From an uncultured Verrucomicrobiota bacterium (lineage in GTDB: Bacteria > Verrucomicrobiota > Kiritimatiellia > RZYC01): a DNA stretch of 64,000 nucleotides. The DNA lies in the NCBI GenBank assembly GCA_964490935.1, contig CAZBEO010000001.1, forward strand, positions 20,742 through 84,741, read 5' to 3'. The notes below the pieces were generated by a model. The model did not search any database. It had not been told where the DNA came from and was given only the letters and a program-made list of their open reading frames with translations. Shown here one piece after another: positions 35,407-44,675 of the stretch; positions within the stretch are counted from its first letter, which is position 1, and each line of letters starts with the position of its first letter. The position numbers and the translations under genes are program-made.

Positions 35407-36179
35407 CCGAACCCCTCACCACGCCCTGTGAAGATGCACTCGAACTTCTCCGTCAAGCCCTCGGCGACCGACTCGACCCCACCATGGCAAACCTCACGCC
35501 CGAAGGACTCCGCGACCTCGTGCACCGCCTCGGCGTCACCCCGGAAAAACCCGCCGCTCCCTCCGCACGCTGGCAGGATGAATGGATCGAACACCTCGTT
35601 CCTGAAGGCGTCTCCGTGCTCGACCTCGGCTGCGGCGAAGGACTCCTTCTCGAACGCCTCGCCCAACTCAAAGGGGTGCGCGGACAGGGCGTCGAACTCG
35701 ATCCCGATGCCGTTGAAGCCTGCGTCGCGCGTGGCGTACCCGTCATGCAAGCCGACCTCGACCGGGGCCTTCAGGGCTTCCCCGATGGACTCTTCGACAT
35801 CGTTGTTCTCGAAGAAACCCTCCAAACCCTGCGCAATCCTCAAATCGTCCTGCGCGAAATGCTGCGTGTCGGGCGTTGCGGCTTGGTTTCGTTTCCCAAT
35901 TTCGGCTGCTGGCGCGTCCGACTTGAACTCGCCCTGACCGGGCGTATGCCCGTCAGCTCCGCCCTTCCGCATGCCTGGTACGACACCCCCAACATTCATC
36001 TCATGACCCTGCTGGATTTCGAGGAACTCGCCGCCCAAGAACAGTTCATCATCACCCGAGGCTACGCCCTTGCCGAAGGCTGCGTCCGCCCCCTCGCCCC
36101 CGGCGACAACCTCGCCGCCGAAGAAGTTCTCCTCGAAATCCGCAAAAACGAACATGGACAAAGCGGGACGCAGGGGTAG
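35403..36179 (+). CDS. metW: methionine biosynthesis protein MetW
   Basis: LDLGCGEG methyltransferase-like motif. ATGA-coupled to the metX stop. Confidence 0.75.
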   Translation: MTEPLTTPCEDALELLRQALGDRLDPTMANLTPEGLRDLVHRLGVTPEKPAAPSARWQDEWIEHLVPEGVSVLDLGCGEGLLLERLAQLKGVRGQGVELDPDAVEACVARGVPVMQADLDRGLQGFPDGLFDIVVLEETLQTLRNPQIVLREMLRVGRCGLVSFPNFGCWRVRLELALTGRMPVSSALPHAWYDTPNIHLMTLLDFEELAAQEQFIITRGYALAEGCVRPLAPGDNLAAEEVLLEIRKNEHGQSGTQG

Positions 36180-36220
36180 TATGTGCCCATTCATTAACCC
36201 ACGAATTGTTGGAGGTCATT

Positions 36221-37444
36221 ATGCGTATCAAAGCATTCAAAGCGTATCGCCCGCCCCTGGAACTCACGGAAAAACTAGCCAGTCTTCCCTATGATGTCTA
36301 TTCCGTGGAAGAAGCGCGCGAGCTGACCGTCGATAATCCCTACGCCTTCCTGCACGTCAGCATCCCCGCCGTGGACCTCCCCGAAGATACGCCCGAAAAA
36401 GACGAAAGCGTCTATCAAAAAGCCGGCGAAAACTTCCAGGCCTTCATCGCAAAAGACTACCTCATTCAGGATGAAAAGCCCGGCCTCTTTCTCTATCGCC
36501 AGATCATGGGCAAACACCATCAGCGCGGCCTCGTAGCGGTCAGCCATGTGGATGATTACGACAAAGAACTCATCAAAAAACACGAGCACACCCGCGCCGC
36601 ACCCGAAGAAGACCGCACCCGCCACATCGAAGCACTCAATGCCCAGGCAGGACCCGTCTTCCTCACCTACCGCGATGTCCCCGAGATCAATGACATCCTC
36701 GCCGACATCGAAAAAAGCGAGCCGCTCTTTGATTTCACCGCACCCGACGGCATTCAACATGCCGCCTGGCGCATTCCCGAAACCGCACGCCTCGTGCAAC
36801 TCTTCGCCGCCATCCCAGTGGATTACATTGCCGACGGACACCACCGCGCATCCGCCGCCGCACGCGTTGCCCGCGAGCGCCGCGCCGCGCATCCCGAACA
36901 CGCCGGCGACGAAGAATACAACTGGTTCCTCACCGTCCTCTTCCCCTCCACCCAGCTCCAGATTCTCCCCTACAACCGCTGCATCGCCGACCTCCAGGGA
37001 CTCACTCCGAAAGAACTGATTGAAGCCATACGCCTGGCAGGCTTCACCGTACGCGAAACCACCCTCACCAAACCCGATAAACCCGGCATGATCTGCATGT
37101 ACCTCGCGGGAAAATGGTATGAAATGGGCTGCCCCAAAGTGGACTCCGCCGACCCGGTGCAAACCATGGATGTCAGCCTCCTTCAAAACCGTGTCCTGGC
37201 ACCTATCCTCGGAATCGATGACCCGCGCAAAAACCCGCGCGCTTCCTTCGTGGGCGGAATCCGCGGACCCGAGGAACTCAAAAAAAGAGTCGAATCCGGG
37301 CGCGACGCCGTGGCCTTCTCCATGTATCCCACCGACATCCGCCAGCTCATGGATGTGGCCGACGCCAACCTGGTCATGCCCCCGAAAAGCACCTGGTTCG
37401 AACCAAAACTCCGCTCCGGCCTCTTCGTGCATGCGCTAGAGTAA
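36221..37444 (+). CDS. DUF1015 family protein
   Basis: MRIKAFKAYRP...DGHHR signature of DUF1015. GGAGG RBS. Confidence 0.7.
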   Translation: MRIKAFKAYRPPLELTEKLASLPYDVYSVEEARELTVDNPYAFLHVSIPAVDLPEDTPEKDESVYQKAGENFQAFIAKDYLIQDEKPGLFLYRQIMGKHHQRGLVAVSHVDDYDKELIKKHEHTRAAPEEDRTRHIEALNAQAGPVFLTYRDVPEINDILADIEKSEPLFDFTAPDGIQHAAWRIPETARLVQLFAAIPVDYIADGHHRASAAARVARERRAAHPEHAGDEEYNWFLTVLFPSTQLQILPYNRCIADLQGLTPKELIEAIRLAGFTVRETTLTKPDKPGMICMYLAGKWYEMGCPKVDSADPVQTMDVSLLQNRVLAPILGIDDPRKNPRASFVGGIRGPEELKKRVESGRDAVAFSMYPTDIRQLMDVADANLVMPPKSTWFEPKLRSGLFVHALE

Positions 37445-37586
37445 AAGCATTCTCATCGCGCCTCTCTCTCGGGAGGGCCCGTGTCCCCACGGGCCAAGCG
37501 GAAAGTGAGCGCGGAGAGTACAGAGAAATATGGAACGACCTGAAGATCAATAAAAGGCCGTTGGGGACAACGACCCTCCCCAGAAC

Positions 37587-39366
37587 TCACTCGGCGAGAA
37601 TTCGCGCCTGCTGACGTTCGCGGAGAATGTCGCGGTTGGTCCAGACGAGCCAGGGATCGCGATACGGCAGGCCGCGCGGGGTGTCCTGAATGGTTTTCAG
37701 CTCTTCCGCGTCGATGGGCAGGCGAATCCGGGTGGGGTCGAGGGCGGCTACCGTGCCACTGCGCTGACGGCCCACCGGTTCCGTTTCACCAATGGAAAAG
37801 CCCGCCTGCATCAGACCGGCGCGAACAGGCAACGCCGCACAATAGGTCACAAGCACCGAATCGGGTTTCATCACGGCACGGATGAGGCGAAAGAAATCCA
37901 GGGTCCAGAGTTCGCTGTTGCGCTGGGTGGAGAAGGCATCGAGAAAGACGATGTCCTGCGAGACGGGAGGCACGGATTGAACCGTGTGGCGGGCATCACC
38001 CAACCGAAGGTGAATGGTGCTGAACGCGGCGTTGGAGTCGCCGGAGTCATGCAGCGCACACAGTCGGACGCTCCAGGAAAAGGCCTCGGAGGCTTCTTCC
38101 GGCATCACGGCGGCGGCTCGGAGCAGTACGCGCCGATCCAGCTCAAGGGCTGTGACATGCAGCGGATGCTGCTTCAACTGTTCGGCCAGATTACAGGCAA
38201 CTAGCGTGTTGTAGCCGAGGCCGAAACAAATATCGAGGAGGGCGACCGGGCCGTCGGCCAAGCGCCGATCCAACTCCACCGGCTGCACATATTTTTTCTC
38301 GGCCTCCAGGCGTGCGCCGGCCTGGGTGTGGTAGTGCTCTTTGAAGTCGTTGTTCCAGAGGGTGATGCTTCCATCGCCAGTGATGACGGCCTCAGGCGCG
38401 GCAGATGCCGTGGCCTCGCCGGACGCCCCGCCGGGCACCAGATCACCCTGGCACCATTCCCGGAGAATCATCTGCTGCTGAATAGTCTCCATGAACCGCC
38501 CCTTGGGCATGTGCCATTGCGGGGCGACGAGTTCTTCGGGCGGGGTATCGGTGGTCATGCGAATGACGGGCCACGCACGCGGAATACGGCGCAGGAAATC
38601 GAGCAGCATTTCGCCGTAGGCATATTCCTGATACACGGAAAAGGGGTGAGCGGCATATTCATCGGCCAGAGGTGTATTTTTAATGACGTGCAGATTGTGT
38701 ATTTTGACAGCCTCGATGGGGAGGGCGGCGAGGGTTTCGGCGGTGGTGTTGATGTGTTCCTGATCTTCGCCGGGAAGACCGAGGATCACATGCGCGGCGA
38801 TGGGTATGCCCCGTGCGTGAAGGGCGGCCACCGCCCGTTCGGTTGCGGCATAGTCGTGCCCGCGGTTAATACGGCGCAGGGTGGCGTCGTGTACGGTCTG
38901 AATGCCCAGCTCAACCCACACATCGGTGGTCTCTGCCCAAGAGGACAAAAAATCGAGCGTGGATTCGGAAAGGCAGTCGGGTCGGGTGCCGATGGATATG
39001 GCGTCGAACGAGGCCATGCCGCGCACCTGCTCGAAGAGCATGCGCGTGGCGGCATCGAGTTCATGGGTGGCAGTGAAGGCCTGAAAATAGAGCATGTAGC
39101 GGCGGGCTAAATAGCGCCTGCGTGCAAAATGAATGGCGGCGGCGACCTGCTCTGCGATGGTCTCGCTGTTCATGGTCTGCACGGCACGCGCACCGTGTTC
39201 CGGGCAGAACGTGCAGCCGCCCGAGCCGGAGAGATCGCGATGCGGGCAGCCGCGCCCGAGGTCCACCGGGATACGGAAGAGCGGTCCCCCGTAGCGCTGA
39301 ATCATGTAGTCCCGATAAAGGGTTATCGGCTTTGCATCGGAATGGGCTGGTGTGAATTCCATCATG
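37587..39366 (-). CDS. fusion protein: TIGR01212-family radical SAM (YhcC/YtqA-like) N-terminal domain + MnmC2/MnmD-like tRNA mnm5s2U methyltransferase C-terminal domain
   Basis: The N-terminal half matches TIGR01212. The C-terminal half carries LDICFGLGYNTL...DIVFLDAFS...DSVLVTYCAA. The start is taken at the ATGATG immediately after the tsf terminator. Confidence 0.6.
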
Positions 39367-39380
39367 GGGGTGGAAACAAA

Positions 39381-39420
39381 ACAGGCGGCGCTTATGCGGC
39401 GCCGCCTGTCTGTTTTGGTT
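39381..39420. terminator. bidirectional Rho-independent terminator (GGCGGCGC-loop-GCGCCGCC flanked by A- and T-runs)
   Basis: Perfect 8-bp GC stem. A T-run follows on the plus strand and a TGTTTTGTTT run on the minus strand (downstream of tsf). Confidence 0.6.
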
Positions 39421-39435
39421 AACGTAGTGTTACGC

Positions 39436-40281
39436 TTATTCGCCCAGTTGGTAGCGGACAAAGCGGCGGATGGAAAGGGTGTCGCCGAGTTCCTTGCCTT
39501 TGGCGGCGAGGAGCTTGTTGATGGTCCATTCCGAATCCTTTACGAATTCCTGATCCAGCAGACATATCTGACTAAAGTACTTGTTGATCTTTCCGCCTAC
39601 GATCTTCTCAATAATGTTGGCTGGCTTGCCTTCCTGCTCCATCTGCTTGACGTAGATTTCCTTTTCGGAGGCCACCACGTCGGATGGGACATCGGCATCG
39701 CAAAGATAGCGCGGGTTCGCGGCGGCAATCTGAAGCGTCAGGTCCTTGACCAGTTCAGCGAAGACCTCGCTGCCGACCGTCTCGCCCTTTTCGCAGGCCA
39801 CTTCAATCAGTACGCCAACCTTGCCACCCAGATGCACATAGGAGGCCAAGCGCCCCGTGCTCTGAAGCGCATAAGCGATGTTGCGGCTCACCACCAGATT
39901 TTCACCGATTTCGGTGATCTTGGCGGTCGTTTCATCCTTTACGGCTTCCGCCAAGGCGCCATCGGCTAGGCCTTTGGCCTTTTCGTGGAGCGACTTCACA
40001 AACGCCTGGAAGGTTTCATTGCGGGTGACAAAGTCGGTCTCGCAATTCACTTCAATCATCACCGCCTTGTTTCCGTCTTCATAGACGGATGCGGCGATGA
40101 GGCCGTCCTTAGCCGCACGCGAGGCCTTTTTTCCGGCAATGGCCACGCCGCGTTCGCGGAGCAGCTTGATAGCCTGCTGCATGTCGCCATCGGCTTCCTG
40201 GAGCGCACGTTTGCATTCCATCATGCCCACGTTCGTGGCTTCACGCAGCTCTTTGACCTGTTTTGCATTGATTTCTGCCAT
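39436..40281 (-). CDS. tsf: translation elongation factor Ts
   Basis: VKELREATNVGMMECKRAL N-terminal UBA-like signature, EF-Ts dimerisation domains. Strong RBS. Confidence 0.9.
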   Translation of the reverse strand: MAEINAKQVKELREATNVGMMECKRALQEADGDMQQAIKLLRERGVAIAGKKASRAAKDGLIAASVYEDGNKAVMIEVNCETDFVTRNETFQAFVKSLHEKAKGLADGALAEAVKDETTAKITEIGENLVVSRNIAYALQSTGRLASYVHLGGKVGVLIEVACEKGETVGSEVFAELVKDLTLQIAAANPRYLCDADVPSDVVASEKEIYVKQMEQEGKPANIIEKIVGGKINKYFSQICLLDQEFVKDSEWTINKLLAAKGKELGDTLSIRRFVRYQLGE

Positions 40282-40319
40282 GATACTAAATTCCTTCCTC
40301 TCTGCTTGTTCCTGAACTC

Positions 40320-41351
40320 TTATTCAGCGGCAGGCGCTGCCGCCTCGGGGGCGGGTGCCGCCTCGACTGCGACCGCAGGTGCTTCAACCGGAGCTGCTTC
40401 AACCGGGGCTTTCACTGGCTCAACCGGGGCTGCTTCGACCTTCGCTTCGGTTTTGACTTCCGCTTTCGCCTCGGCTTTGGCTTCCACCGACTTAGCGGCT
40501 TCTTCGGCCTTCTTCGGTACACGAGTTTTGCGGGCGGTTTCTTCCTTCACGCGGCGCGTTTCGCGTTCGCTTTTGGCCTTGGCCTTGGCTTCGGCGTCTT
40601 CGGCGGCCTTGCGGCGCAACTCGTCGGATGCCTTCTTGGCGTATTCATTCGAAGCCTGAAGAATCGTATCGCCCAGCGCCTTGGTCACCAGGCGAATCGC
40701 GCGAATGGCGTCGTCATTGCCTGGGATGGGATAGTTGATGTTGTCCGGATCGCAGTTCGTATCCAGCATGGCAATGACGGGGATGCCCAGCTTGTTGGCT
40801 TCCGTCACAGCAATGGACTCGCGGTTCACATCCACCACAAAAAGTGCACCCGGCAAGCGGTTCATTGAAGAAATGCCGCACAGATTCTTCTGCAGCTTGT
40901 CCAGCTCGCGACGAAAGCGCGCCGCTTCCTTCTTCGATCCCGCGCTCTTGAAGCCGTCGTCGGTTTCCATTTTTTCGAGTTCGCGCATACGGTTGATGCT
41001 GTTGCGCATGGTATCGTTGTTGGTCAGCATGCCGCCCAGCCAGCGATGGGTCACGTAATGCTGTTTCAGACGATCGGCCGTTTCTTTCAGCGGCTCCTGC
41101 GCCTGCTTTTTCGTGCCGACAAACAACACGGATTTGCCGGAAAGAATCAAGTCATACACGAACTCCTGCGCCACGCGCAGCAGGGCCAAGCTCTTGGCCA
41201 GATCGATGATGTAGATTCCGTTGCGCTCGCCAAAAATGAAGCGTTTCATTTTGGGATTCCAGCGCTTGGTTTGATGCCCGAAGTGAAGGCCTGCATCCAG
41301 TAAATCCTGGACAGCCACTTTAGTCTGAACGACACTGCTGCTATCTGCCAC
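40320..41351 (-). CDS. rpsB: 30S ribosomal protein S2 with ~100-aa Lys/Ala/Glu-rich C-terminal extension
   Basis: LLDAGLHFGHQTKRWNPKM core. GTG start with AGGAGG 5 nt upstream (the ORF-track start is a longer alternative). Low-complexity KAE/AP tail. Confidence 0.85.
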   Translation of the reverse strand: MADSSSVVQTKVAVQDLLDAGLHFGHQTKRWNPKMKRFIFGERNGIYIIDLAKSLALLRVAQEFVYDLILSGKSVLFVGTKKQAQEPLKETADRLKQHYVTHRWLGGMLTNNDTMRNSINRMRELEKMETDDGFKSAGSKKEAARFRRELDKLQKNLCGISSMNRLPGALFVVDVNRESIAVTEANKLGIPVIAMLDTNCDPDNINYPIPGNDDAIRAIRLVTKALGDTILQASNEYAKKASDELRRKAAEDAEAKAKAKSERETRRVKEETARKTRVPKKAEEAAKSVEAKAEAKAEVKTEAKVEAAPVEPVKAPVEAAPVEAPAVAVEAAPAPEAAAPAAE

Positions 41352-41517
41352 AATAACCTCCTGTGAGTTGTTCCGGGTAGCCCGGAAAATCCGCTTTCCT
41401 TCCCGTGGCCGGGAAGTACTCGCTTCCGCCCGGCATGATCCGGGCCCTTTGTGAGGGGCGGAATATACCACCCCGAATCGCCGTAGCAAGCGTTTTGTTG
41501 AGCAAAAAACCCGTGAT

Positions 41518-42372
41518 TCAATCGCTTTCTACCGGTTCCGGCAAGGTGACGGACCGCACGCGCCCGATGATATGCCCGGGAATCACGCCACCTGCATAGG
41601 CGACATAACCCCACGGAAAGGCCAACCATTCGCCGATTCCGCCACCGAGGTAGGTGCCGTAAGCCGGATAGAGTACGTTGTAGCCCTGCTTTTGCAAGTC
41701 CAGCCCCTGCTCGCTGCGCAGGTAACTGAGGGCATCTTTCGTGGCCAGCGCCTCGGGATAGAGATTGAAGAAGGGAATCATATAGGCGAACGAATAGGTT
41801 CCCTTCCATTCCCGTTTGGCGAAATCCTTGGAGTGCCCGCCTTCGTGCAGGAGGATGGCGGGGATATCCGAATAGATGTTGATGGTGTTGGAATAAGGGT
41901 TGTAATTATCGCCGCCGAAGACGCGCCCCGGAAATGCGGTATACATCAGCCAACTCCAGAAGCCCAGAGTGTAGCGCCAGCCCGCGCCAATGGATTTGTT
42001 GCGGAAGGTGCGTCGCCATTCATCCCGTACACTGTATTCATTGATGCGCACCTTGACGTTGGTGAGACTGTTCAGCGCCAGATAATCGCGCAGCACCTCC
42101 ACGGACTCTTCAGAAACAAGATGACTGTCTACTTTGTAGTTCAAAAGGACCAGCTTGGAAAGCAGGCTGCCGGGCCAAACCCAGCCGACAATGTGGTCGG
42201 CGGCACCCCAAGAATTGCCGTACATAATCTGCGACTCCCCTTCGGACAGCGGGGTGCCTTCGATGTAATTGATTGGTTGTCCGATCCGATAAGGAACGGT
42301 CGCGCAGCCGGTGCCGAGCAGCAGCAGCGCAAACGCAGGCAACAGGGTCCAAACAAACACGCACCTTTTCAT
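41518..42372 (-). CDS. lipoprotein with HExxH motif (putative Zn-metallopeptidase)
   Basis: LLLGTGC lipobox and a HEGGH motif. The ATG at 42372 is preferred over the TTG at 42399. Confidence 0.45.
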   Translation of the reverse strand: MKRCVFVWTLLPAFALLLLGTGCATVPYRIGQPINYIEGTPLSEGESQIMYGNSWGAADHIVGWVWPGSLLSKLVLLNYKVDSHLVSEESVEVLRDYLALNSLTNVKVRINEYSVRDEWRRTFRNKSIGAGWRYTLGFWSWLMYTAFPGRVFGGDNYNPYSNTINIYSDIPAILLHEGGHSKDFAKREWKGTYSFAYMIPFFNLYPEALATKDALSYLRSEQGLDLQKQGYNVLYPAYGTYLGGGIGEWLAFPWGYVAYAGGVIPGHIIGRVRSVTLPEPVESD

Positions 42373-42580
42373 GCAGCGTAGCGTCCGCCTTAAGACCAAT
42401 TAATTCAAGCTCAAACACAACGGCGTTCAGATTTCATGAGTGTTTAATTGTGAATTTGTTATAGACAAAAGAGAGGAATAATCTTAAAGGTCAAAAGCTG
42501 TTCAAAAGGGACAGCGGTGATAGGAATAATGAGTTGCGTATGGGTCGCTGCTCGTTCAGGTGTAAACGAAAGGAGATTGT

Positions 42581-43339
42581 ATGAGAGGTTCCAATGTGTG
42601 CAAAGCGCTGAGTATCATGATGACTGTGGTATGCGCCGCAACGGTGGCTCAGGCGGCCGTTTGGAGCAAGTCGAATGTTCAGTTCCTGTATGGCCAGAGT
42701 TATGAAAAGGGTTCGGGTGAGTCCGACGGCAATATCATGACGCTGGAACATAACAGCGGATGGGAGTATGGCGACAACTACTTCTTCGTTGACTTCGCGA
42801 ACTTTGACCGCGACAGCGTCAATCTGTATGGCGAATGGTGCACCCGCCTGAGCCTGTTCAAAATAGCCAACAAGCTGTCCGGCAGTGAAATTTCAGCCGG
42901 CCCGGTAGCGGATGTGCTGGCGGTTGGTCAGATGGACTTAGGCGATGGCTTCCGTGCCTATATGGCCGGTGTCGGCGCCGTGTTCTCTATACCTTATGTC
43001 AACTATTTCTCAGTGGACGTAAAATACCGCGACAATCCGAATGCGGATGGCAACACCTATCAGGTGACTCCGGTTTGGGATATTCCGTTCAGCATCGGCC
43101 CGGCCCGCTTTGATTTCACGGGCTTCTTGGACTGGACCGGACGCGAAGACAGCCAGCCGGTCAGCATCCTGACGCAACCTCAGCTTCTGCTCGATTTGGG
43201 CAATTTCTGGGGCGCGCCGGACCGTCTGTATGCTGGTGCCGAATTCCAGTACTGGTCAGAAAAATTCGTGTTCACGGACGACGGCATAGACTATGCCGAA
43301 GAAAAATGTCTGCAAGCCATCGTGAAGTGGGTGTTCTAA
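42581..43339 (+). CDS. outer-membrane beta-barrel protein, Tsx/OmpK-like (putative nucleoside channel)
   Basis: Signal peptide, alternating amphipathic strands, C-terminal ...KWVF. AAGGAG RBS. Confidence 0.45.
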   Translation: MRGSNVCKALSIMMTVVCAATVAQAAVWSKSNVQFLYGQSYEKGSGESDGNIMTLEHNSGWEYGDNYFFVDFANFDRDSVNLYGEWCTRLSLFKIANKLSGSEISAGPVADVLAVGQMDLGDGFRAYMAGVGAVFSIPYVNYFSVDVKYRDNPNADGNTYQVTPVWDIPFSIGPARFDFTGFLDWTGREDSQPVSILTQPQLLLDLGNFWGAPDRLYAGAEFQYWSEKFVFTDDGIDYAEEKCLQAIVKWVF

Positions 43340-43368
43340 GAACCCCGCATCGCGATTGAATTGAAAAA

Positions 43369-43397
43369 GAACCCCGGACAACCGGGGTTCTTTTTTT
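43369..43397 (+). terminator. Rho-independent terminator (GAACCCCGG-loop-CCGGGGTTC + T7)
   Basis: Seen directly in the sequence, just after the Tsx-like gene stop. Confidence 0.65.
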
Positions 43398-43450
43398 GAC
43401 GTAGCACGGGCTTCCAGCCCGTGATCTTCAGCGAAAGGCTGGCAGAGCCT

Positions 43451-43475
43451 GGAGGGCGAGCGTCACGGCGAACCG
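43451..43475 (+). repeat. GGAGGGCGAGCGTCACGGCGAACCG REP-like motif copy
   Basis: Closely related to the copies at 56635..56659 and 60436..60460. Confidence 0.5.
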
Positions 43476-43500
43476 TCTCGGGATTAATGTACCCTATTGT

Positions 43501-44477
43501 CTATTTGGCACAGTCGTTACCCGTGCGGAGTGCGCGAAGCACCTCCTGCATATCCGGAAAGAGCGGCGCGGTGCATTCCAGTTTTTCCCCGGTGCGCGGA
43601 TGCAGGAAAATCAGTTTTCCCGCGTGCAGCATCTGGCGGGCCAGAGACGGTGAATCAATCTGAACCGGTTTCCGGCCGTATACCCGGTCGCCCAGCACCG
43701 GATGTCCCGCATGCGCCATGTGCACTCGAATCTGGTGGGTGCGCCCGGTTTCTATTTTGACGCGCATCCGGCTGCATGCGGCAAACCGCTCCTCGGTGCG
43801 GTAGTGCGTGACCGCCTCGCGTCCCCGCTCCGCCTGCACACTCATTTTTTTGCGATCACTCACGCTGCGTCCAATCAGCGTCTGGCAGACGCCGTCCGGT
43901 GGCGAAAAATGCCCATGCACCAGCGCCACATACTCCTTGTGAATGGTGCGGTCTCGAAACTGGTCGGAAAGCGCCTGCATCGAAAAATCGTTTTTTGCCA
44001 CCACCAGCGCGCCGGACGTATCCTTGTCCAGCCGGTGAACAATGCCGGGCCGCACCGTGCCGTTGATGGTGCCCAGATCGTTGCAGTGAAACAGCAGCGC
44101 ATTCACCAGCGTTCCCTGATAATGCCCAGGTGCCGGATGCACCACCATGCCCGGGGCCTTATTCAACACCAGTAAATCCTCATCTTCAAACAGGATTTCA
44201 ATCGGCAAATTTTCGGGCTTGACCTCCAGGGTTTCCGGCGGCGGCAGCGTGTACTCCACCTGCTCTCCCCCGTGAAGACGCTGACTCGCCTTTGCGTGGG
44301 CGCCATTCAGCGCCACGTCCCCGTTTTCAATCAGCCGTTGCCAACGCGCACGCGAAATTGACGGCTCCGCACGCGCCAGCCAGGCGTCCAGCCGCAGGGG
44401 CACCGCCAAATGCTCCACCTCCAGCACGATCTCACCTTCCGGCGGCTCTCTTTTTTCCAGTTTTTCTTCTCTGCTCA
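43501..44477 (-). CDS. rluD: RluA/RluD-family pseudouridine synthase
   Basis: S4 domain plus the catalytic HRLDKDTSG motif. Internal ATG start. Confidence 0.75.
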
Positions 44478-44675
44478 TGAAAAGCACGATACCCGAGCGG
44501 CCCACATACCGCAACGCGGAATGCAGCAACCCGCATTGCTCCTTCTAATTAACTTGAAATAAAGCCTTCATTTCATAAACTTACGATTCGATTGTGGTTA
44601 GTATTGGTCTCGCACGTTTGTTCCCCCACCTTGCGCCAGAGAGGCGCGCCGAATCGGGAACGCGAAGGAAATGTC

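Noticed and set aside
36275-37432. 385-aa minus-strand ORF antisense to the DUF1015 gene
   Set aside because: Same high-GC antisense artefact. The DUF1015 frame has an RBS and family signature.
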